From Vulcanimicrobiota bacterium (GTDB lineage Bacteria; Vulcanimicrobiota; Xenobia; Xenobiales; JADMJV01), in contig JBFWNU010000001.1 in the NCBI GenBank assembly GCA_050250895.1, positions 2,436,891-2,500,890 of the forward strand: a stretch of DNA of 64,000 nt. Reading direction: 5' to 3'. A program made the position numbers and the translations under genes. Below, in pieces: positions 17,266 to 27,397 of this stretch. The first letter of the stretch is position 1. Every line of letters starts with the position of its first letter. The notes under the pieces were generated by a model, which did no database searches, was not told where the DNA came from, and saw only the letters and a list, made by a program, of their open reading frames with translations.

Positions 17266-18786
17266 CTACTCTTCGTCGGTGTTGAGGGTCAGGATCCACT
17301 TGCCGTAGAGGAAGATTCCCACGGCCGAGAGGATGCCGATGACACCCATGATATACCAGACCACGCCCACATTGTGGGTGTTGTAGAGCAGTTCGGTGAG
17401 CGCCTGGGGCGTCATGCCGGTGAACTCCACCAGTTTCTGGAAAGCCTCGCCCTGGGGGATGTTGGCGATGGCATCGAGGCTCATTCCCTTGTCGGCCAGC
17501 ATCTCGCGAGCGAATTGCTCTTTCGAGGCGTATTGCTGATAGAGCCAGGGGCCGATCTTGCCTTCGAGCGTCCAGCCGATGGCCAGGGGAATCTGCGAGA
17601 AGCCGAGATACATCGCCTTTTTGTCATCGGGAGCGAAGTTGCCGATGAACTCGCTGAACTTGGGCGACGAGAGCATCTCGCCCACCGAGAAGATGGCGAT
17701 GGCCATCAGGCTGAGCCAGCCCATCGCCGTGCAACCGGTGACGAACATCGCCAGCGAAGCCATCAGAGTGCCGATCACCATGCTGGTGGTAGCGCGCATC
17801 TTCGAGCTGAAGTAGGCGAACAGGAAGCAGGTGATCATGATCAGGCCGGCATTCAGGTTGAGCATTCCCTCGGGGAGAATCTCGGTGCCGTCCTTGTTCA
17901 TCACGATGAAGAACTGGGTGATGGGGTTCGAGGTGCCGCCGTGGCCGAAGAGCGTATTGACGATGTCGCGGGTGTTCACCCAGTCGTCGATATGCACAGG
18001 CAAGACGTCGAACAGAGCGTTGAACATGAACCAAAATCCCGAGAAGATGGCCAGATAGGTCCACACGTGGGGTTTCTTGAGTTCGGTCAACGACTCGGCA
18101 ATCAGACTGCGCTCCTGGGGCTCGCCGGCTTTTTTCTCGGCGCCCGAAGCGGGCTCGGTATAAGTCAGCAGCAGCAGGAAGTTCAGGCAGATGATCACCG
18201 CGCAGGCATAGAAGACGTTGGCCCAGGCCAGTTTGCGCATCAGACCGGCGGTCAGGGGGCCGAGGAATCCGCCGATATTGACGGTCTGGTAGAAGATGCC
18301 CCAGGCCATCGAGCTATTCTGGCGGTTAGTGGCTTTGACCAGGGTGCCCTGGATGCCGGGCTTGAAGATGGCGGTGCCGGTGGCCAGCAGGATGGCGCCG
18401 GCGAAGAAGCCCCAGTAGGTGGGGAACCAGGCCATGGTCAAGTAGCCCATGATTTTGACGCAGGTGGAAGCGAAGATGGTTCGCTTGTAACCGTAGCGGT
18501 CAGCCAAGCCGCCGGTAGCCACCGGCACGATCGACTGGGTCAGGGCCCAAACCATCAAGATGGTTCCGAAGTCAGACATGGTGATGCCCAATCCGCCGGC
18601 CGAGGCCGGGGCTTTGGCATAGAGAGCGGCGACAGCTTTGACGCCATAATAGGCCAGACGTTCCACCATTTCCATGGCGCCGCAGACCCAGAATACATAG
18701 CCAAGGCTCGCAATCGAGGCGAACAGGCCTAATTGCTCAACGTCAGCGAGGCTGTTGCTCCGCTGTTTCTCTTTGACTTGTGACAC
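17266..18786 (-). CDS. MFS transporter, POT/peptide-transporter-like
   Basis: EMVERLAYYG (ExxER), GGLADRYGYK, FYQTVNIGG, GEMLSSP. Confidence 0.85.
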   Translation of the reverse strand: MSQVKEKQRSNSLADVEQLGLFASIASLGYVFWVCGAMEMVERLAYYGVKAVAALYAKAPASAGGLGITMSDFGTILMVWALTQSIVPVATGGLADRYGYKRTIFASTCVKIMGYLTMAWFPTYWGFFAGAILLATGTAIFKPGIQGTLVKATNRQNSSMAWGIFYQTVNIGGFLGPLTAGLMRKLAWANVFYACAVIICLNFLLLLTYTEPASGAEKKAGEPQERSLIAESLTELKKPHVWTYLAIFSGFWFMFNALFDVLPVHIDDWVNTRDIVNTLFGHGGTSNPITQFFIVMNKDGTEILPEGMLNLNAGLIMITCFLFAYFSSKMRATTSMVIGTLMASLAMFVTGCTAMGWLSLMAIAIFSVGEMLSSPKFSEFIGNFAPDDKKAMYLGFSQIPLAIGWTLEGKIGPWLYQQYASKEQFAREMLADKGMSLDAIANIPQGEAFQKLVEFTGMTPQALTELLYNTHNVGVVWYIMGVIGILSAVGIFLYGKWILTLNTDEE

Positions 18787-19125
18787 TCGTCAACTCCCAT
18801 TCTTGCCCGCAGGGGCTGATGTTGGCGTAGTTATAAAAAGGTGCAGTCGACCCCGCCTGGAGTTGGAAGCAAACGGCGGGGTCGACCAGGATCGGGAAAC
18901 GCCGTGCACGTCTGCACGACGATTCCGTCACCAGGGCGCGCCGAACCAGAGGCAAGAGTCAAAGGAGTTTGGAAGCAAGCAAGCCTCCCGCCCCCGCGGC
19001 GCTGTAGCAGCAGAATTAGTAACCGTTGCGGCTGCATCGTATCCTTTCAAATGGTCATGGATGTTGCCGGCTTGTTACATGGATTGCACGCAGGGCCTGC
19101 CCGTGCCCGCGCGAAGGAAATCGGC

Positions 19126-19518
19126 GTGGCTACTCTATTTACACGGATTATCAACGGCGAGATACCGGGCCGTTTTGTGCATCGCGACGAGCATTGCGTC
19201 GCTTTTCTCTCGATTCATCCCCTGAGCCCCGGGCATACCCTGGTGGTGCCCATCGAAGAGGTCGACCACTGGCTCGACCTGTCGGCCGAGCTGACTGCTC
19301 ACTTGATGGAGGTGGCCCGCCGCATCGGCCGGGCCCAGCAGAAGGCCTTCAACCCTGTGAAGGTGGGCCTGATGGTGGCCGGGCTCGAGGTTCCCCACGT
19401 TCACATTCATGTGGTGCCCATTCGCAGCGAGGGCGATCTCGATTTCAAGAATGCCGACACGGGGGCCAGCGGCCACGACCTCGAGGTCGCCGCCGGCAAA
19501 CTGAGAGACGCGCTTTAG
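19126..19518 (+). CDS. HIT family hydrolase
   Basis: ATLFTRII.GEIP, GHTLVVP, HVHIHVV triad. Confidence 0.9.
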   Translation: MATLFTRIINGEIPGRFVHRDEHCVAFLSIHPLSPGHTLVVPIEEVDHWLDLSAELTAHLMEVARRIGRAQQKAFNPVKVGLMVAGLEVPHVHIHVVPIRSEGDLDFKNADTGASGHDLEVAAGKLRDAL

Positions 19519-20258
19519 TAAGAATCGCGGGCTGGAGCGAACGGGGCCGTAAAGAAGTTGAGAAAGTCCGGGATGCGGCGCGACCAGGTGCTCTCGTGGT
19601 GCGAGCCCTTGTGCAGGCGCAGGCGCATTTCGGTTCCTCGGGCCTTGAGTTGGCGGGCGAATTCGGCCGTTTGGGGGCGAAACTCGCGATCCAGGCCCTG
19701 GTCGCCGCAGGAAAGATAGTGGCGGAAGGGCGGCTTTTCGGGAAATCGCTCCAGCAACTCGTCATAATAGTGGCGACCGGCCGAGAAGCTGCCGATCGTG
19801 GAGAATACTTTGGGACGGGACCAACCGGTATAGAGCGCGGCCACGCCTCCGGCGCTGGCCCCGGCCAGCGCGCGGCGCTTGCCGGTGCGATAGACATCCT
19901 GAATGTAAGGAACGACCGTGTCGACCAGATAGTCGGCGTGGCGTTCGGCCACCGGATCGGTGTGGCCGTCTTCCTGGCTCCAGCCAATGTATTCGGGATA
20001 ACGGCGCGAGCTATTCGAGACCCCCACCAGCAGACACTTGACCGGGCAACGATCGGCCGCCCGCTCGGCTCGCCAACCCCGCTCGCCAAAAGCGTTCTGG
20101 CCATCGAGAAACAACACCACCGGGCCGCCCCGGCGAAAACCGGCCGGGCGATAGACCCAGAGGCGGCGGCGTAAGACTCCGGTGGGACCATCTTCGAACC
20201 CGAAATGGGTCTCGAGCGTGCCTTCTCCCGGGCAGTCGAGGGTCTTTACTGAGAGCAT
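19515..20258 (-). CDS. Alpha/beta-hydrolase esterase (Fes/IroE-like)
   Basis: DGQN, GASAGG nucleophile elbow, HHESTW. Confidence 0.8.
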   Translation of the reverse strand: MLSVKTLDCPGEGTLETHFGFEDGPTGVLRRRLWVYRPAGFRRGGPVVLFLDGQNAFGERGWRAERAADRCPVKCLLVGVSNSSRRYPEYIGWSQEDGHTDPVAERHADYLVDTVVPYIQDVYRTGKRRALAGASAGGVAALYTGWSRPKVFSTIGSFSAGRHYYDELLERFPEKPPFRHYLSCGDQGLDREFRPQTAEFARQLKARGTEMRLRLHKGSHHESTWSRRIPDFLNFFTAPFAPARDSY

Positions 20259-20288
20259 CTTTTTCCTTGTTCGCGCCCTTCCAGGGGA

Positions 20289-21194
20289 ATGCCCGCCCGG
20301 GGTGAAGTGCCCCGGGTGGTCGGCGAATTGCGAAAGTTTCTCGAGACGCGCCTGGAAAAACCTTTTCACTTGCGTTATTTGGACCGGGGAGTGTATAACC
20401 TGGCCTTTCGCCTGGCCGGTCGTGGAATCATTCGCTGGCGCCAGTCGGCCCCAGCTGGCCAAACTTGTCTAGAGGTCTATGGCCGCGAGGTCGAACTCCA
20501 TCGTTTTCTGGCCGGTACCGGCATCACGGCTGAACTGCTCGATTGCTGGCCGGAAGGGCCGGCCTTGTTGCTCGAGCCATTGCGCGGGCGTACCCTCAGC
20601 TATACGCCAGCCCGCCTGGGCGCGGCCGCCCGCCTCTACCGACGACTGCACGACCTCGAGGGGCCTTTCCCGGCGAGCCTTCCCCGGCAACCCAACCCGG
20701 TCCAGGCTTTTCTAGCCGAAAGCCGCGGCTATCTCTCGCACTATCGTGCTTGGGCCGGAGCCAACCCGCGGGTGGTCGACCTCTTGCAGGCCAGCACCCG
20801 GCGACTCGAGAGCCACGGGTTCACAGTGGCCCGACCGTGCCTGACCCACGGTGACGCCAGTCCCCGCAACTGGCGTTTTCAGCAGGGTCGGGCCTGCTTG
20901 CTCGACTGGGATTGGTGTCTGGTGACCACGGCCGCCGCCGACATGGCTCACCTCTTCTGTCCCCTAACCGTGCGCCGGCAGCGCTCCCAGCCGCTCAAGG
21001 CCGAGCAAGAGGCGGTCTTTTGGCAGACCTATCAGCCCGAGGCCCGGCTGCTCGAGGAATACCGCCGCTTTCTGCCGGTCACGACCCTGCGAACGGCCTG
21101 CTGGGTGGCGGCCCGGGTGGCCGAACTCGACGGGGGCGGCTCGGCCTGTCTGCACGCCCAGCTCGAGCCTGACTTTCTCGAGGCCGTGCTGTGA
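20289..21194 (+). CDS. Aminoglycoside phosphotransferase/choline kinase-family protein
   Basis: GVYNLAF loop, HGDASPRN, LLDWD. Confidence 0.8.
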   Translation: MPARGEVPRVVGELRKFLETRLEKPFHLRYLDRGVYNLAFRLAGRGIIRWRQSAPAGQTCLEVYGREVELHRFLAGTGITAELLDCWPEGPALLLEPLRGRTLSYTPARLGAAARLYRRLHDLEGPFPASLPRQPNPVQAFLAESRGYLSHYRAWAGANPRVVDLLQASTRRLESHGFTVARPCLTHGDASPRNWRFQQGRACLLDWDWCLVTTAAADMAHLFCPLTVRRQRSQPLKAEQEAVFWQTYQPEARLLEEYRRFLPVTTLRTACWVAARVAELDGGGSACLHAQLEPDFLEAVL

Positions 21195-22057
21195 AGCTGC
21201 CCTATCCCCCTCGGCGCCAGGATCCGATTTATCCTTACTTTCCCCCTCGCCCGTCGTCGGGACGGTTCGCCGGCATGGCTCCCGATGGGCGTCTGCCCGA
21301 GCTTCATCTTTACGACGGCTCGCGCTGCAACCGCAGCTGCGGCTTCTGCGTGGTGGCCGGCAGCCCCCGAGGCTGGCATCGGCCCTACTGCCGCGAGACC
21401 CTCGATTTCGCCCTGGAGCTGGTCACCCCCGGCGGCTTGCTCAAGTTCTACGGAGGCGAGCCCACCCTGCACCCCGACAATCTGCTCGAGGCCGTCGTCT
21501 ATCTGCGTCAGGGAGGATTCGAGGGCTCTTTTCGCATCTATACCAATGGGGTGCGCGCCCGCCACTTGATCGCGATTTTGGAGGCCGTGCCCGAGATGGA
21601 TGCCGTGCTCAACTACTCCATCCTGCATGGTCGAGGCGTGCCTCCTATACCCGAGCCGGCCATGCAGCGGCTCTATGAGTATCCGGCCGGACGCATCTTC
21701 TCGGGCCATGCCGATCTGGTCGAGGTGGGCAACCCCGAGGCGCTACCGGGCGGGGTGGGCGACTTTGGCGGCGGGTGCGCCCAGTGCCATCCGGTCCTGC
21801 GGACTGACCAGCGCTTGCACGGCTGCCCTTTTGCCGTCGAGATCGAGGCTCCGGTCTTCGAACTAGGCCGTCCGGGGGATGCCACTACCATGGTGATCGA
21901 GCGCTATCGGCGGCTGCTGCGCTGGCAGGTCGAAGTGCTCGAGCCTGAGGCAAAGCGGCGGGGCTTGCATCCTTGCCAGGTCTGCGATCGCCATCTCGAC
22001 CAACTGCCTGGGAGGCAGGGGGGGCCACCGGCGACCACAAAAGGCCTCCCTCGATGA
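21191..22057 (+). CDS. Radical SAM protein with Cys-rich C-terminus
   Basis: CNRSCGFC, GGEPTL, YTNG; CAQC..GCPF..CQVC. Confidence 0.85.
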   Translation: MKLPYPPRRQDPIYPYFPPRPSSGRFAGMAPDGRLPELHLYDGSRCNRSCGFCVVAGSPRGWHRPYCRETLDFALELVTPGGLLKFYGGEPTLHPDNLLEAVVYLRQGGFEGSFRIYTNGVRARHLIAILEAVPEMDAVLNYSILHGRGVPPIPEPAMQRLYEYPAGRIFSGHADLVEVGNPEALPGGVGDFGGGCAQCHPVLRTDQRLHGCPFAVEIEAPVFELGRPGDATTMVIERYRRLLRWQVEVLEPEAKRRGLHPCQVCDRHLDQLPGRQGGPPATTKGLPR

Positions 22058-23430
22058 CCACCTCCCCGCGCACCCTCATCGACGAGGCAGAACGCCGTGA
22101 AGGGCTGGTCGAGGAGCTGCTCGAGTTGGCCGAAGAGCAGCAACTCGAGCAGGTGGTTACCCGTTTGCGCACGCTGCACCCGGCCGATCAGGCCGAGATC
22201 CTCGAAGAGTTCTCGAGCGAGGTCAGCTACCGGCTGCTCAAAGACTATCCCGACGAAGAGATCGCCGAGATCCTCGAGTTTCTTTCTGAGAACGCTCGGA
22301 CCGGCTTTGTCAGCCACCTCGACCCGGCCGTGACGGCCCGCATCCTGGTTTTTGTCGACGACGATCTGGCCGCCGACCTGGTCGAAGAGTTGCCCGACGA
22401 GCAGGTCGAGGCCCTCCTGAACATGCTCGATGACCCCACCGGCATCAAAGAACTGCTGGAACTGCCCGAAGAATCGGCCGGTCGCTGGATGTCGCCGGAT
22501 GTCATCGCTCTGCAAGAAGACTGGACGGTGCAGCAGGCCTTCGAGCATCTGCGCAAGGAGTCGCCCGACGCCGACCAGCCCTTCTATCTCTACACCGTCG
22601 ACCGCGAGGGTCGCCTGATGGGGGTGGTCGACCTGCGCCGGTTGATCACCGCTCCGCCCGATGCTCCTTTGATGAGCATCACCATCAAGGAGGTGCTCAG
22701 CGTGCCCGTCGAGATGGACCAGGAAGCTGCGGCTGAACGGCTTCGCTATTATGACTTGCTGGCCTTGCCGGTGGTCAATAACGAAGGCCACCTGATGGGT
22801 GTGTTGACGGCCGACGACGTGCTCGACGTGCAGGTCGAAGAGGCCACCGAGGATATCTATCTGCAGGTGGGTCTCGACGCCGAATCCTCGGCTTTGAGCA
22901 CGGTGGGCCGAACCCTACGAAGGCGGGCCCCCTGGCTTTTGATCAACCTGCTGATCGGCTTCTTCTCGGCCCTCATCGTCAGTTCGTTCGAAGGCACCAT
23001 CTCGAAAGTGGCCGCCCTGGCGGCCTTCATGCCGATTATCGCCGGCCACGGGGGCAATACCGGCTGCCAGACCACCACCCTGGTGGTGCGCGGTCTGGCC
23101 CTGGGCGAAATCTACAAGCGTGACGTGAGTCGCCTGGTGGCCAAAGAGCTGGGCTTTGGCATCATTTATGGCCTGCTGGCCGGGGTGCTGACGGGCGGGC
23201 TGGCCTTTATCCTCACGCACAATCATTGGCTGGCGGGAGTGGTATTTTTTGCCATGGTGGGCAATATCGTGGTGGCGGGATTGGCGGGCTCGCTCATTCC
23301 GCTGGGCCTGCGCGCCCTCAAGATCGACCCGGCCCTGGCCTCGACGGTCTGGCTGACGACCTTTACCGACTGGGTGGGATTCTTTCTGTTGCTGGGCCTG
23401 GGCACGTATTTGATAGGCCATTTGACCTGA
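22054..23430 (+). CDS. mgtE: Magnesium transporter MgtE
   Basis: LHPAD N-domain, CBS pair, GGNTGCQT, IDPALAS, TTFTD. Confidence 0.93.
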   Translation: MTTSPRTLIDEAERREGLVEELLELAEEQQLEQVVTRLRTLHPADQAEILEEFSSEVSYRLLKDYPDEEIAEILEFLSENARTGFVSHLDPAVTARILVFVDDDLAADLVEELPDEQVEALLNMLDDPTGIKELLELPEESAGRWMSPDVIALQEDWTVQQAFEHLRKESPDADQPFYLYTVDREGRLMGVVDLRRLITAPPDAPLMSITIKEVLSVPVEMDQEAAAERLRYYDLLALPVVNNEGHLMGVLTADDVLDVQVEEATEDIYLQVGLDAESSALSTVGRTLRRRAPWLLINLLIGFFSALIVSSFEGTISKVAALAAFMPIIAGHGGNTGCQTTTLVVRGLALGEIYKRDVSRLVAKELGFGIIYGLLAGVLTGGLAFILTHNHWLAGVVFFAMVGNIVVAGLAGSLIPLGLRALKIDPALASTVWLTTFTDWVGFFLLLGLGTYLIGHLT

Positions 23431-23601
23431 TGGAGCCATCTGTCGCACAATTTTAACATCATGGTTTCTTCCCCCCGGTTAGCAGGGAAGAACGTTCAAT
23501 GAGGTCGTTGGTTGGTGGGTTGTTTGCAAACCCAAACAACCGAAAAGAAGGGAAGTCGCAAGACAACTCTAACATGACGACGCTTCTAAGGAGGATTGGG
23601 A

Positions 23602-23781
23602 GTGGGTTTTGAACTTGTGATTGGGTTGGCCGCGAAGCTGATGTGCCTGGCGCTGGTTTTCGGTTGCCTGTCGCTTTGCACCGAGCGTCTCTTTGGCGCC
23701 GTGGCCACTCGCTCCAGCGATCGTGAACCTGAGCGCGCCGAGCAGCCGGTTCGGCGGCAGCCCCAGCGGCGGTCTGCGTAG
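23602..23781 (+). CDS. Small single-TM protein
   Basis: AAGGAGG RBS; hydrophobic N-half, Arg-rich tail. Confidence 0.5.
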   Translation: MGFELVIGLAAKLMCLALVFGCLSLCTERLFGAVATRSSDREPERAEQPVRRQPQRRSA

Positions 23782-23811
23782 AGAAGCCTGAAATTCATCC
23801 GGGGGTCCGCC

Positions 23812-24168
23812 ATGGCGACGTCTAAACAAACCAACAAGAGCACGGCCAAGACTGCTCGTAAGAACGCTAAGCCGTCGTCCAAGACCAAGACGACCAAAAA
23901 AGCGCCCGCGGCCGACAACGAACTCGAACGCGTCCGAGCCGAGGCCCATCAGCTAGAGTCGTTGCTCGAAGAAGAGATTCTGCGGGACGCCGTGATGACC
24001 GCCCGGGTCGCCCTCGAACAACTCAAGGCCGACACTCATGGGCCGCCGTTCGAGCGTCGCCGCGGCATTCGACTGCGCGATAAGGCCCTCAAAGTCGAAC
24101 GGGCTTTCAACCGGTTGCGTGCTCTGCGCCGGGGCGAAATGCTGCCGGAGCGGCATCCCGAAGACTAG
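23812..24168 (+). CDS. Hypothetical protein, basic N-terminus plus coiled coil
   Basis: 118-aa ORF with RBS-like GGGGG. Confidence 0.6.
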   Translation: MATSKQTNKSTAKTARKNAKPSSKTKTTKKAPAADNELERVRAEAHQLESLLEEEILRDAVMTARVALEQLKADTHGPPFERRRGIRLRDKALKVERAFNRLRALRRGEMLPERHPED

Positions 24169-24170
24169 GC

Positions 24171-25016
24171 GTGGACGAACCGCGCATCGAGCGACCGCCC
24201 GGTCCTGGCTATCTCGAGCAGAATCGCCGTCTGGTCGAGCAGCGGCGCCTGCTAGACGAGGTCTGGGAAGAAGAGACCGAAGAGTTCCTCGAACGCCTCG
24301 AGATCTCCCCTGGTGAGCGTGTGCTCGAATTGCGCTGTGGGCCGGGGTTGAGCCTTGGGCGGCTGGCCCGGCGAGTGGGCGCCCGGGGCGAGGTGGTGGG
24401 CTTTGAGCCCGACGCTTTGCTGGCTGCCGAGGGTGGACGCCGAGTGCAGGAAGAGGGCCACAAGACGGTTCGACTGGTGAGCGGCGACTTTCTCAGCCTG
24501 GCTTTGATTCCGGGCTCTTTCGACGTCGTCTATTGCTGCTGGGGCCTGGCCAGTTGGGGCGAGCGCGTGCAGGTGCTCAAGCAGGTGCGCCGCCTGCTCT
24601 CCCCGAGCGGCCGCCTGGGCATCTTCGACTTTCATCGCGAAGGCACCAGGATGTTTCCCTACACCCCGGCCATCGAGGCCGTGCTGCAGGCTAGCGTAGC
24701 CTATCATCAGCAGCAGGGGACCGAGGTGGTGCTGACCGGCCTTTTGCCCGAGTTGTTCCTGTCGTCCGGCTTTTTGCTCGACGGCGCCTGGCCGCGCCAG
24801 AAGGCCGAACCTCCGGGGGCGCTGTCCTATCGCTGGGTCGAGTCGATGCTGCTCGAGCTGGGCCCCCGTCTGCTAGAATCGCGCCTGCTGGACCCCGATC
24901 AGTGGGGAGCCTTCTTGCTCGAGTGGGAGGCCCGTCGCGTCGATCCCAAGACCTTGTTGTTCTCGCCCCCGGCGGTCGGGGTGTTGGCCCGCCCGCTAAG
25001 CAACGTTTCACTCTAA
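24171..25016 (+). CDS. Class I SAM-dependent methyltransferase
   Basis: VLELRCGPG, GSFDVV, LSPSGRL. Confidence 0.8.
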   Translation: MDEPRIERPPGPGYLEQNRRLVEQRRLLDEVWEEETEEFLERLEISPGERVLELRCGPGLSLGRLARRVGARGEVVGFEPDALLAAEGGRRVQEEGHKTVRLVSGDFLSLALIPGSFDVVYCCWGLASWGERVQVLKQVRRLLSPSGRLGIFDFHREGTRMFPYTPAIEAVLQASVAYHQQQGTEVVLTGLLPELFLSSGFLLDGAWPRQKAEPPGALSYRWVESMLLELGPRLLESRLLDPDQWGAFLLEWEARRVDPKTLLFSPPAVGVLARPLSNVSL

Positions 25017-25071
25017 TTTCAGGCTGCCGTCTTAGATTAGGACCGTGGTCATCAAGGCGGGTTATACACCC

Positions 25072-26991
25072 ATGCGGTTCGCCCCCGCTCACGCCGCTCC
25101 GTCCACCACGGTGCAACAGTTGAGCCATGGCCAGAGCGTGCCCGAACACCCGCGGCTGCTGCAGGGGCTCAAGCGGATGGCCAGCGTGCTGGGCGACGCC
25201 AACCAGGCGTGTGGCTACCTCGACCAGATTCTAGAAAGTTCGACCCAGCCCGAGCAAACGGTGGACCGCTACGTCGACCTGCTCAAGGTCAGCGACGCCC
25301 GCGACCCCAGGACCCTGGCCACCGTGTTGTTGGCCCTCGAGCATCGGGCTAATCCAGATGGGGTCAAAGCCTTTCGAACCTTGCTCAAGGGCAGCGAACT
25401 GCCCGTGGCCGACGCCTACACCCACCACTGCTGGCTGGAAGAGACCTATGACCAGCAGGCCCGCGACCGGGCCCTGAAGCTGAGCGTCAAAGTGGCCGAC
25501 ATGGCCCCCACCAGCAGTCTCAAGCCGGCCGTCGAATGGCTGATGGCCCAGCCAGAGCCCGAGCGGGCTATCGCCGAGTTGGTGCGGCTGGGCAAGCTGG
25601 GCCTGACCTTCGACCAGGCCCTGGGCGACCTGCAAGCCGTGGGTGAGCCGACCAGGAAGGATTATGCGGTGCTCGAGCAGATTCGCCGGGAAGTGCCCAC
25701 GGAGGACAGCTCGGTTCGCCAGGCCGTGAGCCTGCTGCGAGACAACCAGGCTTTGACCCCCACCTACTTGCGGCTGCTCGACTATCAAGATTCGGCCCTC
25801 GAGGCCAATACCGTACTGACCACGCTATGCCACTATCCCGAGGCCGACCCCGGCCCGCTGCTCGAACTGCTGGCCGACGCCAGTCCCCGCCAGCGGCGCG
25901 AAGTCTATGAAGCGTTCGTCTCGGTGGCCCAGTTGCCGCAGCCCGCCTCGAAGGGGTGGTTGCTCGACAAGTTGGGCTTCGGCATCAGCAATGAAGAGGC
26001 TTTTCGCGACCTGACCCGGATGCACCAGTCGCCCCAGATGGCTCTCGAGGACCTCAAGGTGCTGACCTCGGATCCGGCTCAAAGCTTGGGCGACGGACTG
26101 GGGCTTCTCAAAGACCTCTACATGGTCGACCAGCCCGACTCGGCCTCTTGCGCTCGCGAGGCCTTTGCCTATCTGCGCCAGGCTGACAACCGTAAGCATC
26201 TGGGTCTGGTCAAGAAGATGGCTAGCGACCTGAGCAGCCTCAGACTGGCGGCCCGGGCGGTAGAGGGGCTCACCGCCGACAAGCCCGCCCGCTCGGCCCT
26301 ACGCGACCGCCTCGATGCCTTTTATGCTCGCCTGCAGAGCAGTTCTTCGCCGGGCGCAGCCGTCAACTGGACCCTGGCCGAGGGGCGCTGCCTGGCGGCC
26401 GGGTTCACCTCCGAACAGTTCGAGCGACTGGCCCGCAAGGGCAGCGGCGACTTCCTCATGGTGCTGGCCGAGGGGGCGGCCAACCTGGGCAAACTGCTGG
26501 GCGACCAGCGCGAAGGCCTGGCCGAAGTGCTGGGTCTGTGCACCAACCCATCCCAATTGAACTCGGTCACCAGCTATCTCGAGGCCGGGGCCGGGCCGTT
26601 GCGGCTCAAGATCGTCGACCGCCTCAGCCGAGCCTTCGGCAGCCTGGACAAGGCCCTCGAAGATTGTAGCAGTCTGGCCACGCGGTTTGACGGTAAGAAT
26701 GAAGTGGCCGATGCCTATTCCCAGCTGGCCACCGTCCTGCCGGCGGGGTCGCGCGATAAGCTGCGCGAGCATCTGGAGTGGGCCGTCTCGCAAAACGAGA
26801 AACCTCGTTACAAGCGCATCCCTCCCGAACGATTCCTGATGGAGCTTGGGAAGGCACTGTTGCTCGACCCCGATACCGAAAAGGCCCGCCAGATCGTGAT
26901 GAGCGCACTCGAGCCTGAACTTGGCCTGATCGACGAAGAAGACTATCTGGTGGTGGGAGATTTCATGGTGGAGAAACACAATGAGCGTTAG
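25072..26991 (+). CDS. Hypothetical helical-repeat protein
   Basis: About 640-aa Leu/Ala-rich ORF heading a tightly coupled operon. Confidence 0.7.
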   Translation: MRFAPAHAAPSTTVQQLSHGQSVPEHPRLLQGLKRMASVLGDANQACGYLDQILESSTQPEQTVDRYVDLLKVSDARDPRTLATVLLALEHRANPDGVKAFRTLLKGSELPVADAYTHHCWLEETYDQQARDRALKLSVKVADMAPTSSLKPAVEWLMAQPEPERAIAELVRLGKLGLTFDQALGDLQAVGEPTRKDYAVLEQIRREVPTEDSSVRQAVSLLRDNQALTPTYLRLLDYQDSALEANTVLTTLCHYPEADPGPLLELLADASPRQRREVYEAFVSVAQLPQPASKGWLLDKLGFGISNEEAFRDLTRMHQSPQMALEDLKVLTSDPAQSLGDGLGLLKDLYMVDQPDSASCAREAFAYLRQADNRKHLGLVKKMASDLSSLRLAARAVEGLTADKPARSALRDRLDAFYARLQSSSSPGAAVNWTLAEGRCLAAGFTSEQFERLARKGSGDFLMVLAEGAANLGKLLGDQREGLAEVLGLCTNPSQLNSVTSYLEAGAGPLRLKIVDRLSRAFGSLDKALEDCSSLATRFDGKNEVADAYSQLATVLPAGSRDKLREHLEWAVSQNEKPRYKRIPPERFLMELGKALLLDPDTEKARQIVMSALEPELGLIDEEDYLVVGDFMVEKHNER

Positions 26992-27397
26992 AACGGACCA
27001 CCTGCTGCCGTTTCAGAAGCAGGCTCTGACCCGCCGCCTGGGAGCGGGGTCCGAACTGGGGTTGGCTTCGGTGACCACCTATGCCGCCCACGGGCCGGCC
27101 ATCGGCTCGGCTCTGGGTCTGGACACCTTCAGCCCCACTCCGTTTCAGGTGGGCTCGGGCCTGATGGCCTGCGTCTATGGAGTGCGAGGGGTGGCCTCGC
27201 TGGTCAATGCACCTCGCTACGAGACCAAATCGCAAACCAACTTTCGTCGTCTGCTGGCTGGAGCCGACCTGGTCACCTGCTTCGGTCTAGCCGCCCAAGC
27301 TTTCGGAGGAGGAACCTGGGCTACGGCCGTGTCGGCCGGCGGCCTGGTGACCACCTCTGCCCTGCATCTCTGGCATACCTATCGGGAGGAACTATGA
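26981..27397 (+). CDS. Small Gly/Ala-rich membrane protein (paralog 1)
   Basis: Hydrophobic hairpins; GLMACVYGVR...ADLVTCFGL. Confidence 0.65.
   Translation: MSVRTDHLLPFQKQALTRRLGAGSELGLASVTTYAAHGPAIGSALGLDTFSPTPFQVGSGLMACVYGVRGVASLVNAPRYETKSQTNFRRLLAGADLVTCFGLAAQAFGGGTWATAVSAGGLVTTSALHLWHTYREEL

Noticed and set aside
17209-18732. Long antisense or alternate-frame ORFs (also 50236-51849, 56546-57944, 13842-15023)
   Set aside because: Typical high-GC shadow ORFs opposite well-supported genes
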